This document shows positions 16,392 to 25,475 of a stretch of DNA of 64,000 nucleotides, in pieces. This DNA is from a virus. Positions within the stretch are counted from its first letter, which is position 1. Every line of letters begins with the position of its first letter. The notes beneath the pieces were generated by a model. The model did not search any database. It was not told where the DNA came from and saw nothing but the letters and a program-made list of their open reading frames with translations. The stretch is taken from positions 64,001 through 128,000 of the IMG/VR virus record IMGVR_UViG_3300048592_000962. One strand, 5' to 3'. The translations under genes were made by a program, and so were the position numbers.

Positions 16392-17717
16392 ATGGACGAC
16401 ATCAAGTACGACGACCGCAGCGACGACGAGCTGGCCTCGTTGGAGCAGAGCTTCAAGGCGCCTGGCGGCCCGCGAAACTACGTTGCTGCCCCGGCGCCGG
16501 GCTGGGACACCCGTGGGATCTGGCACTGCTTCGACTCCGGCTCCCGCAGCGGCTACACCGCCCACGCGGTCGGCTTGCACTGGGCGCTGAACGAGGAGCT
16601 GAAGATCCCAACGCAGCTCGTTCCGCATCGCAGCCTCGACGTCGACATCGAGCGTTTCCCTGCCGATCGCCAGGACATGCTCTTCGAGTGGCACAAGCAG
16701 GCGGTCGGCCTCCCCGAGCTACTCGTCGTCAGCTTCCCGCCCGAGACGGCGGAAGAGATGTCGGGGGTGCATGGGCGCATTGTCCCCTACTGCGCGTTCG
16801 AGGGCGACAAGGTCAGCTCGCTCTGCGCCCAGCTCTGCAACGGGCCTGCCTTCGCGGAGGTGTGGGTCGTATCTGACTTCGTTCGGAGAGCGCTCCTGAC
16901 TGGAGGCGTTGCACCGGAGCGCGTGCGCACGGTGACACCGCTGCTCTGTGGTGGCCCGTACCGCATGCCGGCATTCGATGCGATCGCGGAGGCGCGTCAG
17001 CGGCGCTCCGAACAGGGCGAGCCCTTCCGATTCGGCGTGATGGGTACCTGGCACAGCCGCAAGGGGTTTCACCAGCTGGTCCGGGCGTACTGGTCTCGCT
17101 TCTCTCGCTCGGACGAAGTGGAACTCGTCGTGCGCACGAGCAATTTCGGTCGCCGCCGCACGATCAAGGAGTTCGAGGGTTTTGTCACGGGACAGCTTCG
17201 AGAGATCGCCGAAGAGATGGGCCACAAGAACTGGCCCGATGCGCGCACCACCGCACGAATCAAGCTCCTCACGGGCACGGCGCTGACCGACGTCGAGGTT
17301 GTCGAGTGGATTTCATCGCTCGATTGCTACGTGAATCCTTCCTACGGTGAAGGGCTCGGCATCCCGCAGCACTGGGCGAAGGCCTGTGACGTTCCGATCG
17401 TGACGAGCGACTGGGGTGCCGTCGGTGATCTCTGTCTCTTCACCGGCGGAGACTTCGTGTTCGAATCGAAACTGATGCCGGTCGACCCGGAGATCCCAAA
17501 GGTCTCTCTGATGTTCGACCGTCGAACCCAGTGGGGCGGATACGAAACGGCTCAACTCGCGCACGCCATGAGCAACGCATTCGAGGCCGGACGACGCACC
17601 ACTCGACACTCGTCGGCCGACCTGGTCAGGCAGAAGTTCGGCGTCGCTGCGGCTTCAACGTCAGCGTACATCGCGTGCACCTCCGTCTCCGAGTCGCTTG
17701 CGAGGATTGCGGGATGA
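16392..17717 (+). CDS. Glycosyltransferase, GT-B fold (GT4-like)
   Basis: SGY..HA, VWVVSDF, G.W..RKG, DCYVNPSYGEGLGIP..AKAC.VPIVTS. Confidence 0.85.
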   Translation: MDDIKYDDRSDDELASLEQSFKAPGGPRNYVAAPAPGWDTRGIWHCFDSGSRSGYTAHAVGLHWALNEELKIPTQLVPHRSLDVDIERFPADRQDMLFEWHKQAVGLPELLVVSFPPETAEEMSGVHGRIVPYCAFEGDKVSSLCAQLCNGPAFAEVWVVSDFVRRALLTGGVAPERVRTVTPLLCGGPYRMPAFDAIAEARQRRSEQGEPFRFGVMGTWHSRKGFHQLVRAYWSRFSRSDEVELVVRTSNFGRRRTIKEFEGFVTGQLREIAEEMGHKNWPDARTTARIKLLTGTALTDVEVVEWISSLDCYVNPSYGEGLGIPQHWAKACDVPIVTSDWGAVGDLCLFTGGDFVFESKLMPVDPEIPKVSLMFDRRTQWGGYETAQLAHAMSNAFEAGRRTTRHSSADLVRQKFGVAAASTSAYIACTSVSESLARIAG

Positions 17718-18802
17718 GCGCAATCGTCGACATCGTGGGTCACTTCGGAACCGAGTTCTCATACGCGACTGTGGCGAGCAACGTCGCTCGCGCACTCGAA
17801 GAGCGTGGACTTCTCGGCGTGGCGTCGAATCTCGATCCCAAGTGGCACCCAAAGCACAAGTGGCTGGCAGATCAGACCATGCGAGGGCGCGGAACTCACG
17901 TCGTTCTATTCACTCCGCCGCACCACTACATCGACGCGTACTCTCAGTCGTATGGCCGAGACCGGTCTGCCATCTTCATGAGTCCAAACACCGACACCTT
18001 GTCGGACGAACACGCGCTGACGTGCAGCCAGTTCAGCTTGGTACTGTGCCCGTCCGCGTGGTGTCGGCGCGTGGTTGAGCGCGCGGTGCCGGAAGCGGAC
18101 ACGGCGGTGGTCCCTCTGGGCGTGGACGCGGAGCTGTGGTCTCAGGAGCTGTCGGACGCTCGATTCAATCGGCTTTCCGAGGGCGAGAAGCCTGTTCTGC
18201 TACATCTGAGCAGCGATCAGTTCTGGCCGGGTCGCAAGGGGACAGAGGAGCTTCTGAAGGCATGGAGCATCTCGTCGGCGCGTGATGTCGCGACGCTTCT
18301 TCTGCACGTGCCGCCCGCGCTTCTCGTACCGGCGACCTATTTGCTTCGGCACCTCGACCTGGAAGATTCCGTCGAGGTGATCTCGGGAGAGCTTCGCGGC
18401 GGCGCGTCGTCGATGCGCAACCTTTTCGGCCGGGCCGATCTGCTGGTGGCTCCCTCTCGCTGCGAAGGCTTCGGGATCATGCTCCTCTCCGCCATCTACG
18501 CCGGGCTTCCGCTGCTGTCGACGTTCAACACCGGGCACGCAGACTTCCTGGCGCAGGCACCAGGGGGTTGGTTCGGGGTTCCTACGAGGGACGCGGGCCC
18601 TCTCCCTGGTGAAACGGGACAAGCTCCGATCGTGGAGCCCGAGGCGTTGGCTGCCTCTCTGAACGTCGCGGTTGCTCAACACGCTCTGCTGCGCCTGATG
18701 TGGACGAACAGCTGGCGTGGTGACGAGGCGCTGACGTGGTCACCGCGAGCGCGCGAATGGGCCAGAGTAATCGAACGTTGGACGACGGAGGAAGCATGCT
18801 GA
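17714..18802 (+). CDS. Glycosyltransferase, GT-B fold (GT4-like)
   Basis: PSAW, VVPLGVD, RKG.EELLKAW, ADLLVAPSRCEGFGI..A..AGLP. Confidence 0.85.
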   Translation: MSAIVDIVGHFGTEFSYATVASNVARALEERGLLGVASNLDPKWHPKHKWLADQTMRGRGTHVVLFTPPHHYIDAYSQSYGRDRSAIFMSPNTDTLSDEHALTCSQFSLVLCPSAWCRRVVERAVPEADTAVVPLGVDAELWSQELSDARFNRLSEGEKPVLLHLSSDQFWPGRKGTEELLKAWSISSARDVATLLLHVPPALLVPATYLLRHLDLEDSVEVISGELRGGASSMRNLFGRADLLVAPSRCEGFGIMLLSAIYAGLPLLSTFNTGHADFLAQAPGGWFGVPTRDAGPLPGETGQAPIVEPEALAASLNVAVAQHALLRLMWTNSWRGDEALTWSPRAREWARVIERWTTEEAC

Positions 18803-19122
18803 ATATCGGTTCGATGGGAGCGGCGCTGAGAGAAATCGGAAGCGGTTTCGTGCAGGTGGTCACCCGCATGAAGGACTTCAACATGATCGAAGTCCCATCC
18901 TCGCCACAAGAGCAGACGAAAACGGTGACGATGCACCCCGTCGACCAGCTCTTCGCTTTCACAGCTGTCGGGTTTCGCGAGCTGGGCGAAACCGACGTGT
19001 GGGAGTTTCGCGTGATGGAACAGACTCCAGGAGGACCCGTGCCGTCTCTGCTCTACATGCGTGGTTCCGACATCTTCTGGGTCAAAGCTGCATCTAGGGT
19101 GCAGGTAGGCGCCGGTGGCTGA
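18796..19122 (+). CDS. Hypothetical protein
   Basis: GGAGG RBS before ATG 18796. Confidence 0.7.
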   Translation: MLNIGSMGAALREIGSGFVQVVTRMKDFNMIEVPSSPQEQTKTVTMHPVDQLFAFTAVGFRELGETDVWEFRVMEQTPGGPVPSLLYMRGSDIFWVKAASRVQVGAGG

Positions 19123-19312
19123 GGACAAGGAAACGAATTCCGTCCGCCTTTCCGCTCGCATCAAGCCGAGCGCATACGAGCGGCTGGAGAGATTTGCCTC
19201 GGCCAAGGGATGGTACCTGCCAAGCGGCAAACCGAACATCAGTCGCGCGCTGAACGAGGTTCTCGCTCAGCTCGATCGACTCATACAGCGTGCAGGGAGG
19301 AAGCAGCGATGA
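19115..19312 (+). CDS. Ribbon-helix-helix DNA-binding protein
   Basis: SVRLSARIKPSAYERLERFA..G..NISRALNEVL. Confidence 0.65.
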   Translation: MAEDKETNSVRLSARIKPSAYERLERFASAKGWYLPSGKPNISRALNEVLAQLDRLIQRAGRKQR

Positions 19313-19806
19313 CGGATGAGAAGAAGAACGACGCTTTGGTAGTCAGCACACCGGCTGCGGCACAGGCCTTGGCTCGACGAATCGCAGGAGGCGCGCCGCC
19401 GAACGAGGCTACCTTCTGGTGCATGACCTGCGGGTTCAACGGCAAGTACCCCAGGGGCATGACGCTTCAGTTCGACGACGACGAGATGGCTGGCCTCGGC
19501 GGTGATCCGTATAAGTGGGCCGACCACCAGCCCTGCCCCGAATGCGATTCGATGACTCTGGTGCCCTGGGATGCCCTCGGCGACAAGTCGTTCACCATCA
19601 AGGGCGCCGCGAAGGAATCGCGTCAGCAGGAGTACCGCGAGCAAGCGGAGGTTCAGGCGGAGGTCTTCGGGAAGAAGATCGCCGAGGTCATGGTCGGCTC
19701 CGTGCTCGACGGCGGCATGAAGGACCCGACGGACCAGACCGACGATGAACGCGAGAACTACCCAGACGCGTCCGAGGTCGACACCTCCGACCTGAAGGCG
19801 CGCTGA
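19309..19806 (+). CDS. Zinc-ribbon hypothetical protein
   Basis: CMTC and CPEC; GGAGG RBS. Confidence 0.7.
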   Translation: MTDEKKNDALVVSTPAAAQALARRIAGGAPPNEATFWCMTCGFNGKYPRGMTLQFDDDEMAGLGGDPYKWADHQPCPECDSMTLVPWDALGDKSFTIKGAAKESRQQEYREQAEVQAEVFGKKIAEVMVGSVLDGGMKDPTDQTDDERENYPDASEVDTSDLKAR

Positions 19807-19808
19807 CC

Positions 19809-20456
19809 ATGTTCGACCGATCGCGACTCGAAGAGCTGAACGCCGACCACCATCGGCGCATGGCCCAGATGCCATCTCGTGGCAGCAACGACACGAGGGA
19901 TTCCCAGTCTCGCAGCAAGCTCATCGCGGCCGTCCACGGGTGCATCTCGCGACACCGAATGGCTCTCCTGCCGGGGGAGCAGTTTCGCGTGCTCGAACTG
20001 GGGGCAGGATACGCAGGAGACCGGCCGACGCTCATCACGGAGTTCGGGGCCCACTACACTGGTATCGAGGCAGTGAAGCACGTTGCCGAGGCGGCAAGCG
20101 CGAACCTGCCGTCTGGCGAGCCGATTCTGCACATGGCGATCGAGGAGCTGCCTCCCGAGTGGGAAGGGAGGTTCCACCTCGTGTACAGCCGGCACGTGAT
20201 GGAGCACGTCCTCGACGTGGATCTCGCCCTTTCCAACATCAAGCGGGCGCTGGCTCCAAACGGGATCGTCGCGTCGGTCACTCCGCACTACTTCCCCGAT
20301 CCGGAGCCAGCTCATGTGACGCAGCTCAGGATCGAAGAGTGGCTTCACGCGTACAAGCGAGCAGGGCTGACGTCCGTGTACGCGACGATCGAGCACTTCG
20401 CGTGCGAGGAGGCGCACATTCTTGCGGTGAGAGACACGTGGGAGCTTCAGCCGTGA
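19809..20456 (+). CDS. Class I SAM-dependent methyltransferase
   Basis: VLELGAGYAG, YTGIE, FHLVYSRHVMEHV, L.PNG. Confidence 0.85.
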   Translation: MFDRSRLEELNADHHRRMAQMPSRGSNDTRDSQSRSKLIAAVHGCISRHRMALLPGEQFRVLELGAGYAGDRPTLITEFGAHYTGIEAVKHVAEAASANLPSGEPILHMAIEELPPEWEGRFHLVYSRHVMEHVLDVDLALSNIKRALAPNGIVASVTPHYFPDPEPAHVTQLRIEEWLHAYKRAGLTSVYATIEHFACEEAHILAVRDTWELQP

Positions 20457-21307
20457 TCGTTGTAACGGCGAACCAGGCGCCGACGCTCATGAACATTCTT
20501 GAGCAGTCGTCCTCATGGAAACTGCGATGGGTTCCCACTGCTGATCACGAAGGCGTCAGCGAGATGAAGCTGATGCGAGTGCCGCGATACGATCCCTCGG
20601 ACAGTCCGGTCGCGGCTTTGGTGTGTGCCCCGCATCAGATCGACATCATGAGGACGCGGTTCCCTCGCGCCAAGGTGGTGTGGGTAGCGCACAACGGCTA
20701 CGTGAGGCCAGAGAACCACATGTTCTCGCGAGTCGACGCCTGCCTGGCCTTCAGCGAGAGAGTGGCTTCGCTACATGAGGCGTCGACTGGCGTGAAGACC
20801 TACTTCATCAGCCCCTGGTACGTGCCGTTGCAGTCATGGAAATGGGCGCCGAACCTGTTCGTGACGATTCGCAGTCGGCCTTCGCATCGCATCGACGACA
20901 CGCCTTCGGTTGCGGCGTTTGCGTTGAAGGGGCTTCGTCACGTGTTGTACGGTCAAGATCAGGCCGGTGGATTCATCGACGGGGAGAAGAAGTACGGCGT
21001 ACTGTCCTCGTGCTCCGCGTACGGATCGTTTCTGCATCGCTGCGCCGGATTCGGGCTGGCTGAGCATGAGGCGATGTCTGTTGGCGCTCCGATCCTGGGC
21101 AGCTTCTGGGGCGACATGGAACGCGAGGCACGACTGTACAGCCTGGAGCACAGCATCGACCGTCTGCCGATGCTCGCGAAGATCTTGGCTGAAGACGAGA
21201 GCTTCGCGAAAATCTGCTCTCAGCAGAGCCTCGACTACATCGCCGAGCGCCGGACGAAGGAACGCATGGACCGCAGCATCACGATGTTCCTCGACGCGAT
21301 GGCTTGA
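20453..21307 (+). CDS. Divergent GT-B glycosyltransferase-like protein
   Basis: AGFGLAEHEAMSVGAPI motif; last gene of the operon. Confidence 0.6.
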   Translation: MIVVTANQAPTLMNILEQSSSWKLRWVPTADHEGVSEMKLMRVPRYDPSDSPVAALVCAPHQIDIMRTRFPRAKVVWVAHNGYVRPENHMFSRVDACLAFSERVASLHEASTGVKTYFISPWYVPLQSWKWAPNLFVTIRSRPSHRIDDTPSVAAFALKGLRHVLYGQDQAGGFIDGEKKYGVLSSCSAYGSFLHRCAGFGLAEHEAMSVGAPILGSFWGDMEREARLYSLEHSIDRLPMLAKILAEDESFAKICSQQSLDYIAERRTKERMDRSITMFLDAMA

Positions 21308-21336
21308 CGAGCTTGCTCTCTGAAGTAGAGTACAGT

Positions 21337-21437
21337 CTCTTGCCTTCGGGCAACCGATCCTTCGCGAAACTCCAAAACTCCACCCCCTCGTCTTGAAACG
21401 CCGGCCACCCTCCCCCCGTGGTCGGCGTTTCGCTTTT
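21337..21437 (+). ncRNA. Candidate small RNA
   Basis: Upstream TTGACG-N16-TAGAGT; 5' hairpin TTGCC-TTCG-GGCAA; AAACTCCA twice; 3' terminator hairpin. Confidence 0.45.
21395..21437 (+). terminator. Terminator hairpin between convergent operons
   Basis: GAAACGCCGGCCAC / GTGGTCGGCGTTTC 14-bp stem, CCTCCCCCC loop, then GCTTTT. Confidence 0.8.
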
Positions 21438-21862
21438 CAGACGCGAGCCGGCGCCGTCCACACCGCGTTCGCGGCGAACCCGATGGCCGCGCCGAATACC
21501 GCGCCGAGCAGAATGCGACCCGTGACGCCGCCCACGGCGCCGGCCGCGGCGCCGCCCAGAACTGCGGCGACAGCAGCCGTGTTGAGCCCGTCGTTGAGCC
21601 GCTGGCGCCACGCCTGCGCGAAGTCGGTGCTGCTGCACGCAGCCTCGGTCAGAGGACCGACGCCCAGGCCTCTGTACGGGTCTCGACCGTACCGCATCAC
21701 TGCTGGTGTACCTGTCGCGAAGCTCCCGTGCTCGACGTAGGGAGCCAACGGGAGCCCCGCTTCGAGGAGCGGTTGCACCGAGGGTAGGCGGCCGGTCGGC
21801 GTCGTCATGAAGCTGATCTGTCCCGGTACCCACTTCGCTTGCCCCATCCCTCCGTAGCTCAT
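21437..21862 (-). CDS. Membrane protein of the MSY/GLG group with glycine-zipper-like C-terminus
   Basis: MSYGGMGQ, YRGLGV, GxxxG-rich hydrophobic C-terminus. Confidence 0.7.
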   Translation of the reverse strand: MSYGGMGQAKWVPGQISFMTTPTGRLPSVQPLLEAGLPLAPYVEHGSFATGTPAVMRYGRDPYRGLGVGPLTEAACSSTDFAQAWRQRLNDGLNTAAVAAVLGGAAAGAVGGVTGRILLGAVFGAAIGFAANAVWTAPARV

Positions 21863-22851
21863 CGTCGCCTCCTGTTCGCGGTCAGCTTCCCAGCTTCGCA
21901 CACATCGGTCGGAACGGGGAGCCAGACGCCACGGGCGTTTCGATAGAACGCCGCTTCGCAAAGCAGTAGCTCGCCCTTCACCATGACTTCCGGGCGATCC
22001 ACCGCGTTGCGATCTCGAAGGGCCCAAGGGAAGCCCCAAATCACCTCGTCCTTGCCCCCAAAGAGACGGAGCCAGTCCGACGCGATCGTGTCCGCCTCAG
22101 AATCGATCATCAACTCTTCGGCGTAGTCGCTGCCATCCCAGTATTCGATCACAGCGTCAGGAACCAGCTTCTCGACGGCTCTGATGAAATCGGCCAAGTC
22201 ACCTTCTGGAACACGAGACCGACCGACATCTCGAAACGAACCAAGAAATCTGGCATACAGCTCGATCAGCTCTGCCGCAGCGTCCATGTCGTACTGAGTG
22301 CCGAATTCTGCGATCGCCTTGATTTGCTCGGACACCTCGTCCGCCAGCAACTGCTCGATGAGTTTCGTGGGGATCTCGTCCGACTCTTCGTCCCACTCGA
22401 TCTGCTCTACCAGTGAGTCCTCATTGACCATTGACTCAGCCGCTCGGTACTGAGGTTCTAGGTCATGCACACGAAAGGCGACCTGCTCCGCGACGTCGAG
22501 CAGGTAGCTCAGACGAAATGCGACCGCCGGGTTCTTTTGCGCAATGACCCCGTGTTCCCCGTGGAACCCCGACGTGTAGACGTTGCACGGGGTCATGAAG
22601 ATGTATTCGTCGTCTCCTGCGATCTCGTCACGCGGAAAAATGAGCCCTTGTCCGCCTCCCCACTTCTCCCTTGCCTGCGCACGAGGGAGAATCGAGGCCG
22701 CGTCGCGCATCAGATCCATCAGCGCAAACTCGCCTTCGTCGTAACCGGACACCGACGTCAGCACGTGAAAGACAAGCGGATCGTCCTCTGTGAAGGGAAT
22801 CTTCCGCGTGTCGTCGTAGGTGTACCCGACCCATTCGACGTCGCCGCTCAT
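21859..22851 (-). CDS. Acidic hypothetical protein ending LTANRRRR
   Basis: 330-aa ORF, overlap-coupled on both sides. Confidence 0.75.
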   Translation of the reverse strand: MSGDVEWVGYTYDDTRKIPFTEDDPLVFHVLTSVSGYDEGEFALMDLMRDAASILPRAQAREKWGGGQGLIFPRDEIAGDDEYIFMTPCNVYTSGFHGEHGVIAQKNPAVAFRLSYLLDVAEQVAFRVHDLEPQYRAAESMVNEDSLVEQIEWDEESDEIPTKLIEQLLADEVSEQIKAIAEFGTQYDMDAAAELIELYARFLGSFRDVGRSRVPEGDLADFIRAVEKLVPDAVIEYWDGSDYAEELMIDSEADTIASDWLRLFGGKDEVIWGFPWALRDRNAVDRPEVMVKGELLLCEAAFYRNARGVWLPVPTDVCEAGKLTANRRRR

Positions 22852-23699
22852 CGGCTTCCCTTCCTGGCCATGTCATGGAGCACGAGCATGACCTGCTCGA
22901 TCACCTGGTCGCTATCCCAGTAGTCGTCCGCGAACTCCACGGGCTCAGTTTGTGCGGGGTGCTTGAAGTGACCGAAGACCAATCTCTTTGCCGCGTCCTT
23001 CACCTGGTTGCGATACCAGCCTCTCGTTATCAGTCGCGGCGATTTTCCGTAGTTGTCCTGCTTGGCAATCAGCCACGCTTCGCTGATCCACTTGACCTCT
23101 TCCGCGCCGTGGCTCTTCACGAGGGCCCGAGCCTCTGCCTTCGACACGGGAGGCGCGTACCTGGCGTTGGACTTCAGTCCTTGCGTTCGAATCAGATACT
23201 TCACGGCGTCAGCCAGTCTCTCGAAGTCTCGCGGCTCCGCGGTGGTCCATGGGACAGCGCGGAAGAAGCTGTACCCGTCGTAGACGGTTCCGACGCCCTT
23301 GCCCTCGATCGTGACGAAGCCGCGATCGATGACCGCACGTAGCGCCCTGCCTTCCACTCGTATCTCCAGCTCGTCTGCCGGAACGAGACGCACGGTCTTG
23401 CGGCCACGTCGGCTCGATCTCTGCTTGGTCGTCCGCCTGCGCTCGTTGGCAATGAGTTCCCGAGCCGAAACCTTCTTCCCTGCGAACACGTTCCCCAGCA
23501 CGGCTCCAACGGACACGCCGACAACGAACCCGGCTGCCATCGTCAAGAGCTGGGTCTTCACGTACTCCCGCATGTCGACCGTCGGCACGGCGACCCAGCC
23601 CCGCTCTCTCTTCGGAGAAGAAAGCTCGTGCAGCAGCGTCGGCGCGACATCGGAAGGGAGGCTCGCGACGGGAGGGGCCTGTCCCAGGTGGTAGGTCAT
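22848..23699 (-). CDS. Membrane protein of the MxY/xLGQ group
   Basis: MTYHLGQ, TM AAGFVVGVSVGAVLG, LIANERRR, LKSNAR. Confidence 0.75.
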   Translation of the reverse strand: MTYHLGQAPPVASLPSDVAPTLLHELSSPKRERGWVAVPTVDMREYVKTQLLTMAAGFVVGVSVGAVLGNVFAGKKVSARELIANERRRTTKQRSSRRGRKTVRLVPADELEIRVEGRALRAVIDRGFVTIEGKGVGTVYDGYSFFRAVPWTTAEPRDFERLADAVKYLIRTQGLKSNARYAPPVSKAEARALVKSHGAEEVKWISEAWLIAKQDNYGKSPRLITRGWYRNQVKDAAKRLVFGHFKHPAQTEPVEFADDYWDSDQVIEQVMLVLHDMARKGSR

Positions 23700-23728
23700 G
23701 GCTCCGATCGTACCTCATCCCAACCCCG

Positions 23729-23763
23729 TTGCAGTCCGGGGCTCAGGCAGGCATTGTCTGACA
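23729..23763 (+). promoter_or_regulatory. Promoter with TGTCTGACA box overlapping the -10
   Basis: TTGCAG-N17-CATTGT; TGTCTGACA 23755-23763. Confidence 0.55.
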
Positions 23764-23767
23764 CACC

Positions 23768-24649
23768 ATGGACGACCGCCAGTTCGACGCCTACAGCAGC
23801 TCCGTCTCTGCACTCGCCAACCACCCGCACTACCCGGTGGGGCACGTGCTGCTCAAGAATCGTCGCCTGTTTGCCTCGATGGGCATCGAAGACCCCTTGG
23901 GACAGAAGCTCGGCAAGGGCACCTTCGGGCACGCCTTCAAGGTACCGCTACTCGGAGACAGCGTTCTGAAGCTGACCCGCGATCCGACCGAAATGCAGGC
24001 TGCCTTCCTTCTTCGTGGCAAGAAGAGCCGGCGCATCGTGCACGTGTACGACGTGTGGGCGATCCCTGGTACCTTCCACAAGGACCTACGCGGCTGGTAC
24101 CTGATCCACAGGGAATACCTGCACCCTCTGTCGAAGCGCGACAAGAATCTGATCGAGAACCTGTTCGCACTCTTCGACGACGAGAGTCTCGACCTGGTGA
24201 TCCCTCGCTCACAGAAGCAGCACGCCACGCTGGCCAAGTGGCGCGGCTACATCCGGGACATGCTCGGCGGAGAGGGTCCGGTCAGCGGAGAGGGTGAGGA
24301 CGGAGTCCTTCGGTTCGGTGCCACGCACCTGAAGAAGGAAGTGCAGCGCGCGATGATCCTGTTGATTCAGATCGGAGAGGCCGTCGAGGAGATGCGCCGT
24401 GCAGGCATCGACTGGGAAGACATCCACTCGGACAACATGTTGCGCAACGCAAAGGGTGACCTCGTGATTGGGGACATCGGGTTGGGCATGATGCAGGAGG
24501 ACTTCGAGCAACAGGTCCCCTGGCTCACCCACGAGGTGGCTACGGCGTACGTCGCTGCTAACCGCCCTCGCCCTCATCCTCCAGAACATCAGCCGGAGAC
24601 GGCAAGCGATCCTCGGCGCCAAGAGCAAGAAGCGACTCAAACGACCTGA
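23768..24649 (+). CDS. Atypical protein-kinase-like protein
   Basis: LGKGTFG.AF, VLKLT.D..E, EDIHSDNML, IGDIG. Confidence 0.85.
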   Translation: MDDRQFDAYSSSVSALANHPHYPVGHVLLKNRRLFASMGIEDPLGQKLGKGTFGHAFKVPLLGDSVLKLTRDPTEMQAAFLLRGKKSRRIVHVYDVWAIPGTFHKDLRGWYLIHREYLHPLSKRDKNLIENLFALFDDESLDLVIPRSQKQHATLAKWRGYIRDMLGGEGPVSGEGEDGVLRFGATHLKKEVQRAMILLIQIGEAVEEMRRAGIDWEDIHSDNMLRNAKGDLVIGDIGLGMMQEDFEQQVPWLTHEVATAYVAANRPRPHPPEHQPETASDPRRQEQEATQTT

Positions 24650-25475
24650 GAAACGGCATCTCGTCGTTCAGAGCCCTCTCGAAGGTCGTCCGCATCACGT
24701 GTTCCGCCATCGCTTCCGCTGACTCGTGAACGCGCCTCATGAGCTTGTCGTGAAAACTTGACCTTAGCTCATCCGCAACGTAAGTCACCATCGCTGCCTC
24801 GCCGGTCTTCTTCAAGAACCGGTCGAAACCCTTCTTGATAGCCCGGTCCACCGTATCGCTCAGCGGCTGGCCCGGAGCCATCATCGCGGCAAAAATCCCG
24901 TCGATCTTGCTTTTCAGAATGCGCGCGAGTTTCGATTTGTCGTTGAGCTTTCCCCACGTGTCCAAGCCAATCTCGCTGTCGACAACGCCGTCGATGCACT
25001 TGGACACCACCGTGCGGATGCGATCACGAATGGCACCTTCATCGAGCAGTCGGTCCCTGTTGATGTGCCTTCGGATGATCGCACGGCTCATGGCGCGCAG
25101 CCCGTCGACCAGGTCTTCTGAGACTACTTCGCTTGCTGGACGCGACGCTCCTGGACGCGAGGTTCCAATCGACCCGACAACCGCGTCGTCCACGGGTTCG
25201 TGGGTAAATGGGTCTCGACGCTTGCCGTCGACCATCTCCAGTAGGCTGCGAATGTCGCGACGCAGAATCTCGTTCGTCTCGTGGATGCGCTCGTGGTATT
25301 CGCGAACGCGAATGTCTCCGCCGCGAAGCTCCTGCTGAATACGGTAATGGCTTTCGTCGATGGACTTGAGTCTTGGCTCCAGCTGCTCCAGGAAAAGCGT
25401 CCACTGGGCCACGTATTCGCGGAACTCCGTCTCCGTCATGTCGACGGGATGCTTCTTCTTCGCGGGTCTGGTCAC
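24558..25475 (-). CDS. Hypothetical helical protein
   Basis: GTG 25475 overlaps the helicase stop. Confidence 0.65.
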   Translation of the reverse strand: MTRPAKKKHPVDMTETEFREYVAQWTLFLEQLEPRLKSIDESHYRIQQELRGGDIRVREYHERIHETNEILRRDIRSLLEMVDGKRRDPFTHEPVDDAVVGSIGTSRPGASRPASEVVSEDLVDGLRAMSRAIIRRHINRDRLLDEGAIRDRIRTVVSKCIDGVVDSEIGLDTWGKLNDKSKLARILKSKIDGIFAAMMAPGQPLSDTVDRAIKKGFDRFLKKTGEAAMVTYVADELRSSFHDKLMRRVHESAEAMAEHVMRTTFERALNDEMPFLRSFESLLALGAEDRLPSPADVLEDEGEGG

